Of a stretch of DNA of 24,000 bases, positions 1-7,844 are shown piece by piece. The notes beneath the pieces were generated by a model, which saw only the letters and a program-made list of their open reading frames with translations, had not been told where the DNA came from and did not search any database. Both the position numbers and the translations under genes were made by a program. Within the stretch, counting starts at the first letter, position 1, and every line of letters begins with the position of its first letter. The stretch comes from Kineococcus radiotolerans SRS30216 = ATCC BAA-149 (GTDB lineage Bacteria > Actinomycetota > Actinomycetes > Actinomycetales > Kineococcaceae). Where the stretch lies: positions 3,501,847-3,525,846 of the forward strand of contig NC_009664.2 of assembly GCF_000017305.1 (NCBI RefSeq), written 5' to 3'.

Positions 1-15
1 CCCTAGGGTCGCCGC

Positions 16-1353
16 ATGCCTCCGACGCCGGGCCCCGTGACCACCGCCGCCGGGGGTCCCCCCTCCCGCCCCCCCATGGGGTGGAACAGCTGGGACTGCT
101 ACGGCACCACCGTGACCGAGGAGGAGGTGCTCGCCAACGCCCGGTTCGTGGCCGAGCACCTCCTGGAGTTCGGCTGGGACACCGTCGTCGTCGACATCGA
201 CTGGTCCGACCCGACGGCGAAGGCCCACGGCTACAACGCGGGCGCCCCGCTGTGCCTGGACGAGCACGGCCGGCTGGTGCCCGACCCGGGCCGGTTCCCG
301 AGCTCGGCGGGCGGGGCGGGGTTCGCCCCGCTCGCCGCGCAGGTCCACGCCCTCGGCCTGAGGTTCGGGATCCACGTCATGCGGGGGATCCCCCGCGCGG
401 CCGTCGCCGCGGACACCCCCGTCCTCGGCGCCGGCGTCGGCGCCGCCGCGCTGGCCGACCGGACCAACGTCTGCGAGTGGAACCCCGACATGCTCGGCCT
501 CGACCACTCCCACCCCGGCGCGCAGGCCTACTACGACTCGACGCTGGCCCTGTACGCGCAGTGGGGCGTGGACTTCCTCAAGGCCGACGACATGCTGTGG
601 CCCTACCAGGCGGCCGACGTCGAGGCGTACGCGCGCGCGATCGCCCGGTCGGGGCGCGAGATCCAGCTCAGCCTGTCACCCGGCCGGGACCTGTCCCTGT
701 CCCGGCTGGCGCACCTGCGCGCGCACGCCACGACGTGGCGGATCTGCGACGACCTGTGGGACCGGTGGGAGGACGTCGAGGCGAACTTCGCCCGGTTCGC
801 CCGCTGGGCCCCGCACGCCGGTCCGCAGGGCTGGCCGGACGGGGACATGCTGCCGCTGGGACGCATCGGCCTGCGCGCCGAGCGGGGCGAACCCCGCCAC
901 GACCGGCTGACCCCGGCCGAGCGCCGCACGCTGGTGACGCTGTGGGTCGTGGCCCGCTCGCCGCTGATGATCGGCGGGGACCTGCCCAGCTCCGACCCGG
1001 CGACGATCGCGCTGTTCACCAACGCCGACGTGCTCGCGGTGCTGGAGGCCACCGGCAACCGCGAGGTGTTGCGCGAGGGGCCGCTGGTGCTCTGGACCGC
1101 GCAGGGGGACGGCGTCGGCTACGTCGCCGCGTTCAACCTGGGGACGGAACCCCTCGCGGTCGCCCTGGACAGCCTCGACGTCGACCTGCCCGCGCGGCTG
1201 GGCCGGGTCGAGGAGCTCTGGACCGGGGAGGCGGTCACGACCTCCCCGGTCACCGCCCAGGAGGACGCCACCCGCGGCGTCGCCCCCGGCAGCACCGCGG
1301 TCCCGGTGACCATCGAGCCGCACGGTGCGGTCCTGCTGCGCCACACCCCCTGA
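16..1353 (+). CDS. Glycoside hydrolase family 27 protein (alpha-galactosidase/melibiase-like), no signal peptide
   Basis: 445-aa ORF with strong third-position GC. The N-terminal block 'RPPMGWNSWDCYG', then 'DTVVVDIDW' and 'DFLKADDM', match GH27 TIM-barrel signature regions as I recall them. The start at ATG 16 lies upstream of the conserved PPMGWNSW block. Confidence 0.8.
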   Translation: MPPTPGPVTTAAGGPPSRPPMGWNSWDCYGTTVTEEEVLANARFVAEHLLEFGWDTVVVDIDWSDPTAKAHGYNAGAPLCLDEHGRLVPDPGRFPSSAGGAGFAPLAAQVHALGLRFGIHVMRGIPRAAVAADTPVLGAGVGAAALADRTNVCEWNPDMLGLDHSHPGAQAYYDSTLALYAQWGVDFLKADDMLWPYQAADVEAYARAIARSGREIQLSLSPGRDLSLSRLAHLRAHATTWRICDDLWDRWEDVEANFARFARWAPHAGPQGWPDGDMLPLGRIGLRAERGEPRHDRLTPAERRTLVTLWVVARSPLMIGGDLPSSDPATIALFTNADVLAVLEATGNREVLREGPLVLWTAQGDGVGYVAAFNLGTEPLAVALDSLDVDLPARLGRVEELWTGEAVTTSPVTAQEDATRGVAPGSTAVPVTIEPHGAVLLRHTP

Positions 1354-1358
1354 CCGGG

Positions 1359-1390
1359 GTCGTCCCCTCCGCCGCGGCGGAGGGGACGAC
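1359..1390. terminator. Perfect 32-nt palindrome (16-bp arms) between convergent genes; candidate bidirectional terminator
   Basis: gtcgtcccctccgccg/cggcggaggggacgac read directly from the sequence. It fills the 43-bp gap between the GH27 stop (1353) and the minus-strand stop at 1397. There is no clear U-tract, which is common in high-GC actinobacteria. Confidence 0.6.
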
Positions 1391-1396
1391 GGGCCC

Positions 1397-2611
1397 TCAG
1401 GTGTAGAGGGTGAAGCCCGGGTGGGCACCGGTGAGGAAGTGGTGGCCCACCTCGCGGGCCTTGTACTGCACCGGGTCGTGCAGGGTGTGGGTGCGGACGT
1501 TGCGCCAGAACCGGTCGAAGCCGTACCGGTTGCTCGTCGCCCGGGCCCCGGTCACCTCGTAGATCGCCGAGGTCGCCTCGACGGCCAGGTCGGAGGACAC
1601 GACCTTCAGCGCCGCGATCTCCTCGGCCACCTCGCCGCGTTCGGCCCAGGTGAGGTCCGGCCCGCGCTCGTGGGCCTGCGACAGCGACTCGCCCGCGCTG
1701 CGCCCCAGCGCCTCCGCCGCGCGCAGCCGGGCGACGAGACGGCCGTAGGTCGCCAGCACGTACGGGTCCTCGACGGCCTCCCGCACGTCGGAGAGCAGCC
1801 ACGGCCGTGACGTGGTGCGGGTGTACTCCGCGGCCGTCTCCAGCGCCCCGCGCGTCACGCCGAGGTAGAAGTGCCCGAACGCGGCCTGGATGGCCGGGGT
1901 CACCAGCGAGCCGAACGCCCCGCTCTCCGACGCCGAACCGAGGACCGCGTCGGGGGTGATGCGGACGTCGTCGAAGCGGACGGAACCGCTGGCGGACAGC
2001 CGCTGCCCGAGGTTGTCCCAGTCGCCGCCCTTGACGAAGCCCGGCGCGTCGCGCGGCACGACGACCAGCAGGTCCTTCCCCGTGTCGTCGGCGACACCGC
2101 CGACCACGGTCACGTCCCCGACGCTGGCGCCGGTGGAGAAGCTCTTCGTGCCGCGCAGCAGGTAGCCGTCGCCGTCGCGGACGAGCTGCAGGTCGGGGTC
2201 GACGGGGTTCACCGAGTCCCCCCACAGCCACTGCCGCGCCGCGGAGGGGACGCCCCAGCGCCGGCGGCCCGCCTCGTCGGCGACCCAGACGAGGTTGTGG
2301 GCGTTGACGTAGTGGTAGGCCAGCAGCTGCGCGATCGACCCGTCGGCGCGCGCGATCTCGCGCACGACGTCGAGGCCCACCGACCACGGCAGGCCGCCGC
2401 CCCCGACCTCCCGGGGCAGCAGGACGCCCGGCAGACCGGCCCCGCGCAGCAGCTCGGCCTCGGCGGAGGGTTCGGCGTTCGCGCGGTCGCGCTCCAGGGC
2501 GTCCAGCGCGAGGCGGTCCGCGACGCCGCGGGCGGCGTCGAGGACCTGCTCCGCGGTGGTCGCCGTCCCGGCGGTCGTCTCGATCTCGGTGGTGGTCACG
2601 GCTCTCCTCAC
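1397..2611 (-). CDS. Acyl-CoA-dehydrogenase-fold flavin monooxygenase, DszC/SfnB-like (sulfur-acquisition oxidoreductase family)
   Basis: 404-aa ORF. The C-terminal block 'FDRFWRNVRTHTLHDPVQYK' is characteristic of DszC/SfnB-type ACAD-fold proteins as I recall them. The GTG start (2611..2609) overlaps the upstream gene's stop TGA (2610..2608) as GTGA. Confidence 0.75.
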   Translation of the reverse strand: MRRAVTTTEIETTAGTATTAEQVLDAARGVADRLALDALERDRANAEPSAEAELLRGAGLPGVLLPREVGGGGLPWSVGLDVVREIARADGSIAQLLAYHYVNAHNLVWVADEAGRRRWGVPSAARQWLWGDSVNPVDPDLQLVRDGDGYLLRGTKSFSTGASVGDVTVVGGVADDTGKDLLVVVPRDAPGFVKGGDWDNLGQRLSASGSVRFDDVRITPDAVLGSASESGAFGSLVTPAIQAAFGHFYLGVTRGALETAAEYTRTTSRPWLLSDVREAVEDPYVLATYGRLVARLRAAEALGRSAGESLSQAHERGPDLTWAERGEVAEEIAALKVVSSDLAVEATSAIYEVTGARATSNRYGFDRFWRNVRTHTLHDPVQYKAREVGHHFLTGAHPGFTLYT

Positions 2612-3990
2612 ACCCGCTCGCGGTTCAGCTTGTGCGCGGCGGCGGGGTGGTCGTCGCGCACGTGGACCTGGCCCTTGCCGTAGATCGTCTCCCGCAGCGT
2701 CTCGCCCTCGTACTCGGTGGGGTAGACCCCGCGGCGCTGCAGCTCGGGGACGACGAACTCGACGATGTCCTCGAAGGTGCCGGGGGTGATGGCGTAGGCG
2801 CAGTTGAACCCGTCGACGTCACCGACCTCCATCCACCGCTGCAGCTCGTCGGCCACGGTGGTGGGGGAGCCGACGACCACCGCACCCATCCCGCCGATGC
2901 CGACCCAGTTCGCGATGTCGCGCGGGGTCCACTTCCGGTCCGGGTCGGCGGTGGAGAACGCCTCGACGGCGCTGCGCACGGCCTCGGTCTCGGCGTACTC
3001 CAGGGGCTCGTCCGGCGGGTAGCTGGAGAGGTCCAGCCCGCTCCAGCCGCCGTAGAGGTTCAGGGCGCCGTCGTAGCTGACGTGCTGCGCGTAGTCCTCG
3101 TACTTCGCCCGGGCCTCCTCGTCGGTGGCCGCGGTGATGATCGTGACCAGGGTGAAGACCTTGATGCTGCGCGGGTCGCGGCCGGCCTCGGCGGCCGCGG
3201 CGCGCAGCCGGTCCACCCAGGGCCGCATGACCTCCGGGCGGGTGGCGGTGTTGAAGACCGCCTCCCCGTGGCGGGCGGCGAAGGCGATGCCGCGCGGGGA
3301 GGCCCCGGCCTGGAAGATGACCGGCGTGCGCTGGGGGGAGGGAGCGGTCAGCCCGATGCCGGGGACGTCGAAGAACCGGCCGTGGTGCTCGATCGGGTGG
3401 ACCTTCGCCGGGTCGGTGAACACCCCGGCCTCGGCGTCGCGGACGACGGCGTCGTCCTCCCAGGAACCCTCCCACAGCTTGTAGACGACCTCCATGAACT
3501 CCTCGCCGAGCTCGTACCGCTCGTCGTGGGAGATCTGCGTCGACAGGCCGAGGTTCCTCGCCGCGGACTCCAGGTAGCTGGTCACGACGTTCCAGCCGAC
3601 GCGGCCGTTCGTGTAGTGGTCCAGCGTCGCCAGCTTGCGGGCGAAGGAGTAGGGCTGCTCGTAGGTCAGCGACACCGTGACCCCGAACCCGAGGTGCTCG
3701 GTCACCGCGCCCATCGCGGACACCGCGAGCAGCGGGTCGCCCACCGGCACCTGCGTCGACTCGCGCAGCGCCGTCTCCGGGCCCCCCTTGTAGACGTCGT
3801 AGACCCCGAGGACGTCGGCGATGAACAGCGAGTCGAACCGGCCCCGTTCCAGCAGCTTCGCCAGTCCGGTCCAGTACCGGATGTCGTCGAAGCGGTGCGA
3901 CTCGTCGTCCGGGTGCCGCCACAAGCCCGGGGACTGGTGGCCGACGCACGTCATGTCGAAGGCGTTGAGGTGGACCCTGCGGTCAGTCAC
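2608..3990 (-). CDS. FMN-dependent luciferase-like monooxygenase, NtaA/SnaA/DszA family
   Basis: Track ORF 2608..4671 is over-extended. The family-typical N-terminus 'VTDRRVHLNAFDMTCVGHQSPGLWRHPDD' begins at GTG 3990, with GGGAG 6 nt upstream. The length is 460 aa, as expected for this family. The sequence upstream of 3990 in this frame overlaps the permease gene and looks like Arg/Pro-rich shadow. Confidence 0.85.
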   Translation of the reverse strand: MTDRRVHLNAFDMTCVGHQSPGLWRHPDDESHRFDDIRYWTGLAKLLERGRFDSLFIADVLGVYDVYKGGPETALRESTQVPVGDPLLAVSAMGAVTEHLGFGVTVSLTYEQPYSFARKLATLDHYTNGRVGWNVVTSYLESAARNLGLSTQISHDERYELGEEFMEVVYKLWEGSWEDDAVVRDAEAGVFTDPAKVHPIEHHGRFFDVPGIGLTAPSPQRTPVIFQAGASPRGIAFAARHGEAVFNTATRPEVMRPWVDRLRAAAAEAGRDPRSIKVFTLVTIITAATDEEARAKYEDYAQHVSYDGALNLYGGWSGLDLSSYPPDEPLEYAETEAVRSAVEAFSTADPDRKWTPRDIANWVGIGGMGAVVVGSPTTVADELQRWMEVGDVDGFNCAYAITPGTFEDIVEFVVPELQRRGVYPTEYEGETLRETIYGKGQVHVRDDHPAAAHKLNRERV

Positions 3991-4004
3991 GGAGATCTCC
4001 CGAA

Positions 4005-4823
4005 TCACTTGACGGCGCCGGCGGACAGGCCGCCGACCAGCCACTTCTGGGCCACGACCGCGAGCACGTACATCGGGACGATCCCGACGAGCGATGCCGC
4101 GGCCTGCTGACCGAACTGCACGGTGCGGTCCCCCTGGAACAGCGACAACCCGACCGGCAGGGTCTGGCTGGAGGTGCTCTGGGAGAACGACACCGCGAAG
4201 AGGAACTCGTTGTAGGACAGGAACAGGCAGATCAGCAGCGCGGCGACGAGACCGGGAGCCAGCAGCGGCAGCACCAGGCGGCGCAGGCCCTGGCTCGTCG
4301 ACAACCCGTCGACCCAGCCGGCCTCCTCGATCTCCAGCGGGATGCGCCGGACGAAGCCGTCCAGCAACCACACCGCCACCGGCACGTTCGCCAGCCCGTT
4401 CACCAGGACCAGCCCGAGCGCGGAGTTCGTCAGGTCGGCCTGCTTGAGCAGGTAGTACAGCGGCAGGACCGCGACGATCGGCGGTGCGCAGTAGCTGGCC
4501 AGCAGCAGCGTCTGCAGGCGCTCCCCGCGGACCCCCGCGCGGGCGGTCACGTAGGCCGCCGGCACCGCGACGACCGAGGTGAGCAGGGTCGCGCCGATCG
4601 CGACGACCCAGGAGTTCACCAGCATCGTCGACAGCGGGACCGTCTCGAAGGCCCTCGCGAAGTTCGACCACACGAACGCGGTGGGCAGCCAGCCGCCGTT
4701 GGCGATGTCGTCGACGCTGCGCAGCGACAGCGACGCCATGAACAGCACGGGCAGCAGCGCCACGAACGCGACGAGCGCCAGGACCAGCCGCAGACCGCTG
4801 CGGCGCAGCGCCGTCGCGGTCAC
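4005..4823 (-). CDS. ABC transporter permease, carbohydrate-type (CUT1, MalG-like)
   Basis: 272 aa, hydrophobic, with the EAA loop 'IEEAGWVDGLSTSQGLRRLVLPLLAPG'. The GTG start at 4823 overlaps the upstream stop (4822..4820) as GTGA. The stop at 4005 lies 14 nt before the monooxygenase start. Confidence 0.85.
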   Translation of the reverse strand: MTATALRRSGLRLVLALVAFVALLPVLFMASLSLRSVDDIANGGWLPTAFVWSNFARAFETVPLSTMLVNSWVVAIGATLLTSVVAVPAAYVTARAGVRGERLQTLLLASYCAPPIVAVLPLYYLLKQADLTNSALGLVLVNGLANVPVAVWLLDGFVRRIPLEIEEAGWVDGLSTSQGLRRLVLPLLAPGLVAALLICLFLSYNEFLFAVSFSQSTSSQTLPVGLSLFQGDRTVQFGQQAAASLVGIVPMYVLAVVAQKWLVGGLSAGAVK

Positions 4824-5770
4824 CGGTCCGCCCGCACGGCGCGTGCCCGCAGCAGCGTGACGACGGTGGTGAGGACGCCGACGACGAGACCGAAGACCAG
4901 GGTCTCCGCGGCGGCGGTGCCGATCTCGTAGCTGCCGCGCATGCCCGTCCGGAAGATCTCGAAGCTGCTGACGATGGTGGAGACCCCGGGGCCGCCCTGG
5001 GTGACGACCGTCACCAGGTCGAACACCTTCAGCCCGATGACCAGCTCCAGCAGCAGCACGGAGAGGACGTTGGGGGCCACGACCGGCCAGACCACCGAGG
5101 TGAACGTGCGCCACGGCCCGGCGCCGTCGAGCGCCGCGGCCTCGCGCAGTTCCTCGGGGACCCCGAGCAGGGCCGCGAACACCAGCAGCGTCACCAGCGG
5201 GGTCCACTGCCAGACGTGCATGACGACGAGCGCGCTGAACGCGCCCACGCCGTCGCCCAGCGGGTTCGCCCCCGGGAACCCGATCGCGGAGAACAACCCC
5301 CCGAACGCCCCGCCCACGGGGGCGAGCATGAGCTTCCACGCCACCCCGACCATGACCGGCGGGGTGACCAGCGGCAGCAGCAGGATCGTCCCGACGACGC
5401 CGAAGCGGGTGCCGCGGGCGTGCAGCAGCAGGGCGAGGACCACGCCCAGCGCCGTCGCCGCCAGGGCCGCGACCACCGCGAACACCACCGAGCGGAGCAG
5501 GGAGCCGGCGAAGGCCAGCGACTCCCAGGCTTCGACGAAGTTGTCGGTCCCGGTGAACCGCTGCAGCGGCCGGGCCAGGGAGGACTTCGTGAACGCCAGC
5601 GCCACGACGAACACCGTCGGGTAGACGAGCATCAGCGCGAGCCCGGCCAGGCTCGGCGCGGCCAGCCACGTCGAGACGTGCCCGGGGCGGTGCCGGCCGG
5701 GCACGCCCCGGCGGGGACCGCCGCCGCGCTGGCGGGGCAGCGTCCCCCGGTCGTCGAGGACCTGGGTCAT
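4820..5770 (-). CDS. ABC transporter permease, carbohydrate-type (CUT1, MalF-like)
   Basis: 316 aa starting 'MTQVLDD', with the EAA loop 'LREAAALDGAGPWRTFTSVVWPVVAPN'. The ATG at 5770 overlaps the SBP stop (5769..5767) as ATGA. The rest of track ORF 4820..7279 is an in-frame shadow. Confidence 0.85.
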   Translation of the reverse strand: MTQVLDDRGTLPRQRGGGPRRGVPGRHRPGHVSTWLAAPSLAGLALMLVYPTVFVVALAFTKSSLARPLQRFTGTDNFVEAWESLAFAGSLLRSVVFAVVAALAATALGVVLALLLHARGTRFGVVGTILLLPLVTPPVMVGVAWKLMLAPVGGAFGGLFSAIGFPGANPLGDGVGAFSALVVMHVWQWTPLVTLLVFAALLGVPEELREAAALDGAGPWRTFTSVVWPVVAPNVLSVLLLELVIGLKVFDLVTVVTQGGPGVSTIVSSFEIFRTGMRGSYEIGTAAAETLVFGLVVGVLTTVVTLLRARAVRADR

Positions 5771-7143
5771 CCGAGTTCCGCCTCCCAGCTCTCCGCCGCC
5801 TTGTCGAGCGCGGCCTGCGGGTCCTCGCTGCCCTGGATGGCCAGGGCGAGCTGGTCGACGAGGTCCTGCAGCGCCTTCGGCGCCCCGGCCTGGCTGGGCC
5901 ACGCCAGCGGGTCGCCCTCCAGCCCCTCGCGGATGACGTCGGTGGCCTTCCCGGCGGCGGCGGCGTACTCCGCGGAGGCGAGGACGCTGGTGCGCGCGGG
6001 GTCGATGCCGGAGCCGGCGGTGGAGGCCAGCAGGAAGTTGCGGTCCTTGTCGGTGGCCCACTTCACGAAGGCCGCGGCCTTGTCCTGCTGCGCCGACGCG
6101 CTCGAGACGCCGAGGCCGAAGCCGGCGTCCAGGGCGCTGCGCGGGGTGGTGTTCGACCCGCCGACGGGGAGGGTGACGACACCCCACTTGTCGACGATCT
6201 TCGAGCTCGACGGGTCCTGCGCCTTCAGGCCGAGGTCGGTCCAGGTGTCCAGCATCGCGCCCTGCCCGGAGAGGAAGGCCGAGTTGGCCTGGTCGAAGCC
6301 GGTCTGCAGCGGCGTCGGCAGGGCGTGCGGGGAGACGTCGACGAGGTGCTGCAGGGCGGCCAGGCCCTCCGCGCCGGCGAAGGCGGGCCGGCCGTCGGCG
6401 TCGACGAGGGTGCCGCCGTAGCCGGCGAGGCGGTTGATGAAGGAGCAGCCGAGGATCATGGGGACCTGCTGGCCCTCGACGATGGCGCCGTAGACGCTGC
6501 CGCCGGAGTCCTGGGTGATCTTCGCGGCGGCGGCGTCGTACTCGTCCCACGTCGTCGGGGGCTGCACGCCGTACCGGTCGAAGACCTCGGCGTTGTAGTA
6601 GAGGACGTGGGTGTCGCCGTCGAAGGGCAGGCCGTAGCGCTTGCCGTCGAGCAGCGTGTAGGGGTCGTAGATCGAGGGCAGGAAGTCGTCGGTGGCGATG
6701 TCGGGGTTGGCGCCGATCCAGTCGGTCAGGTCGATCAGCGCGTCGGCGTTCACCAGCTCGCCCAGGCCGAAGTAGAAGTAGTCGAAGACGTCGAACTCGC
6801 CGTCGCCGCCCTGCACGTCCAGGATCTGCTTGCTCGTCAGCTGGTCGTAGGGGATCGCGGTGACCTCGAGCTTCCCGCCGAACTCCGCCTCGAACCTCGG
6901 CCCCAGCAGGTCGGTGAAGGCCAGCACGTGCGGCTGGTTGACCATCAGCTTGATCGTCGCGCCCTGCAGGTCGACGGCGGCGTCGGCGGCGAGGCCGGCG
7001 GTCGTCCCCCCGTCGCCGCAGGCGCCCAGGCCGCCGGTGGCGGCGAGGGCGCCGACCCCCAGGGCGGAGGACAGGACCCGCCGGCGGGTCGCGGTCGGGC
7101 GGGCGTTCGCGGCGGGCAGGGGGGTGCGACGGGGCGCGGACAT
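5767..7143 (-). CDS. ABC transporter extracellular solute-binding lipoprotein (family 1, sugar-type) with Tat-like signal
   Basis: 458 aa. The N-terminus carries a twin-arginine motif 'TRRRVLSSALGVGALAATGG' followed by the lipobox 'LGAC'. The remainder has the composition and length of family-1 sugar-binding proteins. Confidence 0.85.
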   Translation of the reverse strand: MSAPRRTPLPAANARPTATRRRVLSSALGVGALAATGGLGACGDGGTTAGLAADAAVDLQGATIKLMVNQPHVLAFTDLLGPRFEAEFGGKLEVTAIPYDQLTSKQILDVQGGDGEFDVFDYFYFGLGELVNADALIDLTDWIGANPDIATDDFLPSIYDPYTLLDGKRYGLPFDGDTHVLYYNAEVFDRYGVQPPTTWDEYDAAAAKITQDSGGSVYGAIVEGQQVPMILGCSFINRLAGYGGTLVDADGRPAFAGAEGLAALQHLVDVSPHALPTPLQTGFDQANSAFLSGQGAMLDTWTDLGLKAQDPSSSKIVDKWGVVTLPVGGSNTTPRSALDAGFGLGVSSASAQQDKAAAFVKWATDKDRNFLLASTAGSGIDPARTSVLASAEYAAAAGKATDVIREGLEGDPLAWPSQAGAPKALQDLVDQLALAIQGSEDPQAALDKAAESWEAELG

Positions 7144-7229
7144 GGGTGTGCTCCGGGGGGTAGGCGGACGTCGGGGGTCCGTCGGGGTGCGCTGAGCGCG
7201 GGGGAGGGGTGGTGAGGGGTGCGGCGCGG

Positions 7230-7244
7230 ACGGTCTCAGACCGT
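7230..7244. promoter_or_regulatory. 15-bp inverted repeat ACGGTCT-C-AGACCGT; candidate operator
   Basis: Perfect 7-bp arms read directly. It lies 87-101 nt upstream of the SBP start codon, in the divergent intergenic region. Confidence 0.3.
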
Positions 7245-7259
7245 GCGCGGCACCCCGCG

Positions 7260-7273
7260 GCGCACCGGTGCGC
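7260..7273. promoter_or_regulatory. 14-bp perfect palindrome GCGCACCGGTGCGC; candidate operator
   Basis: Self-complementary when read directly. It sits 16 nt after the first palindrome and is followed by a 9-bp-stem hairpin (7279..7302, ccgcaccgc-gcggag-gcggtgcgg). Confidence 0.3.
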
Positions 7274-7844
7274 GGTCACCGCACCGCGCGGAGGCGGTGC
7301 GGGCGAGGTCGACGTGGCGGCGCCGGGTGAGCGGGAGCGGGGTAGGGCTGTGCACTGCGTTCCTCCATCGCCCCTGGCGGGAGCACCTGCCGCTGCGCGG
7401 TGGTTGCTGTGGCGTCGTCGAGCCAGGTCTCTCGGCCACTCTGGATGGTGTTGCCGGGAGCGTAGCGGACGCCCCGCTCCGGCCGCGACCTCCTCGGGGC
7501 GTCGGCGTCCCGGTGCGCCGGGACGGGCGGAGCGGGCTGTGCCACACTGTCAGTGGTCGAGCGTTCCCCACACCGGGCGCCCGGCCCGCCGTCGAGACCG
7601 CCGCCCTGCGCGCGGGTCCCGGGCAGCGCCGCGGTCCAGTGGAAGGACCTCGCAGGCGCCCCGGCCCACGCGCTGGACGTCGACCGCCGGCGGCACGAGC
7701 GGAGGCCCGCGACGAGCGCGGGCACGCTGGTGCACCGAGGACTTCCGTCGGGTGCGGGACGACCCACCCGGCGATTCCGACCAGGACGCTCGCGCGACCG
7801 TGGGTTCACCGGTGGAGCGGTCGTCGCGGGCGAGCGGAGCACCC

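Noticed and set aside
3991-7279. 5' extensions of track ORFs 2608..4671, 4005..5669 and 4820..7279, which would make giant overlapping proteins.
   Set aside because: Each extension runs through the neighbouring gene in another frame. Family-typical N-termini and start/stop overlaps (GTGA or ATGA) place the true starts at 3990, 4823 and 5770.
7209-7844. The track start of the rne ORF at GTG 7209, giving a 1245-aa protein.
   Set aside because: Codons in 7209..7750 frequently end in A or T, and the peptide is junk-like. A GGAG-preceded GTG at 7845 gives an N-terminus resembling other actinobacterial RNase E proteins. The exact start remains uncertain, with in-frame alternatives at 7752, 7800 and 7812.
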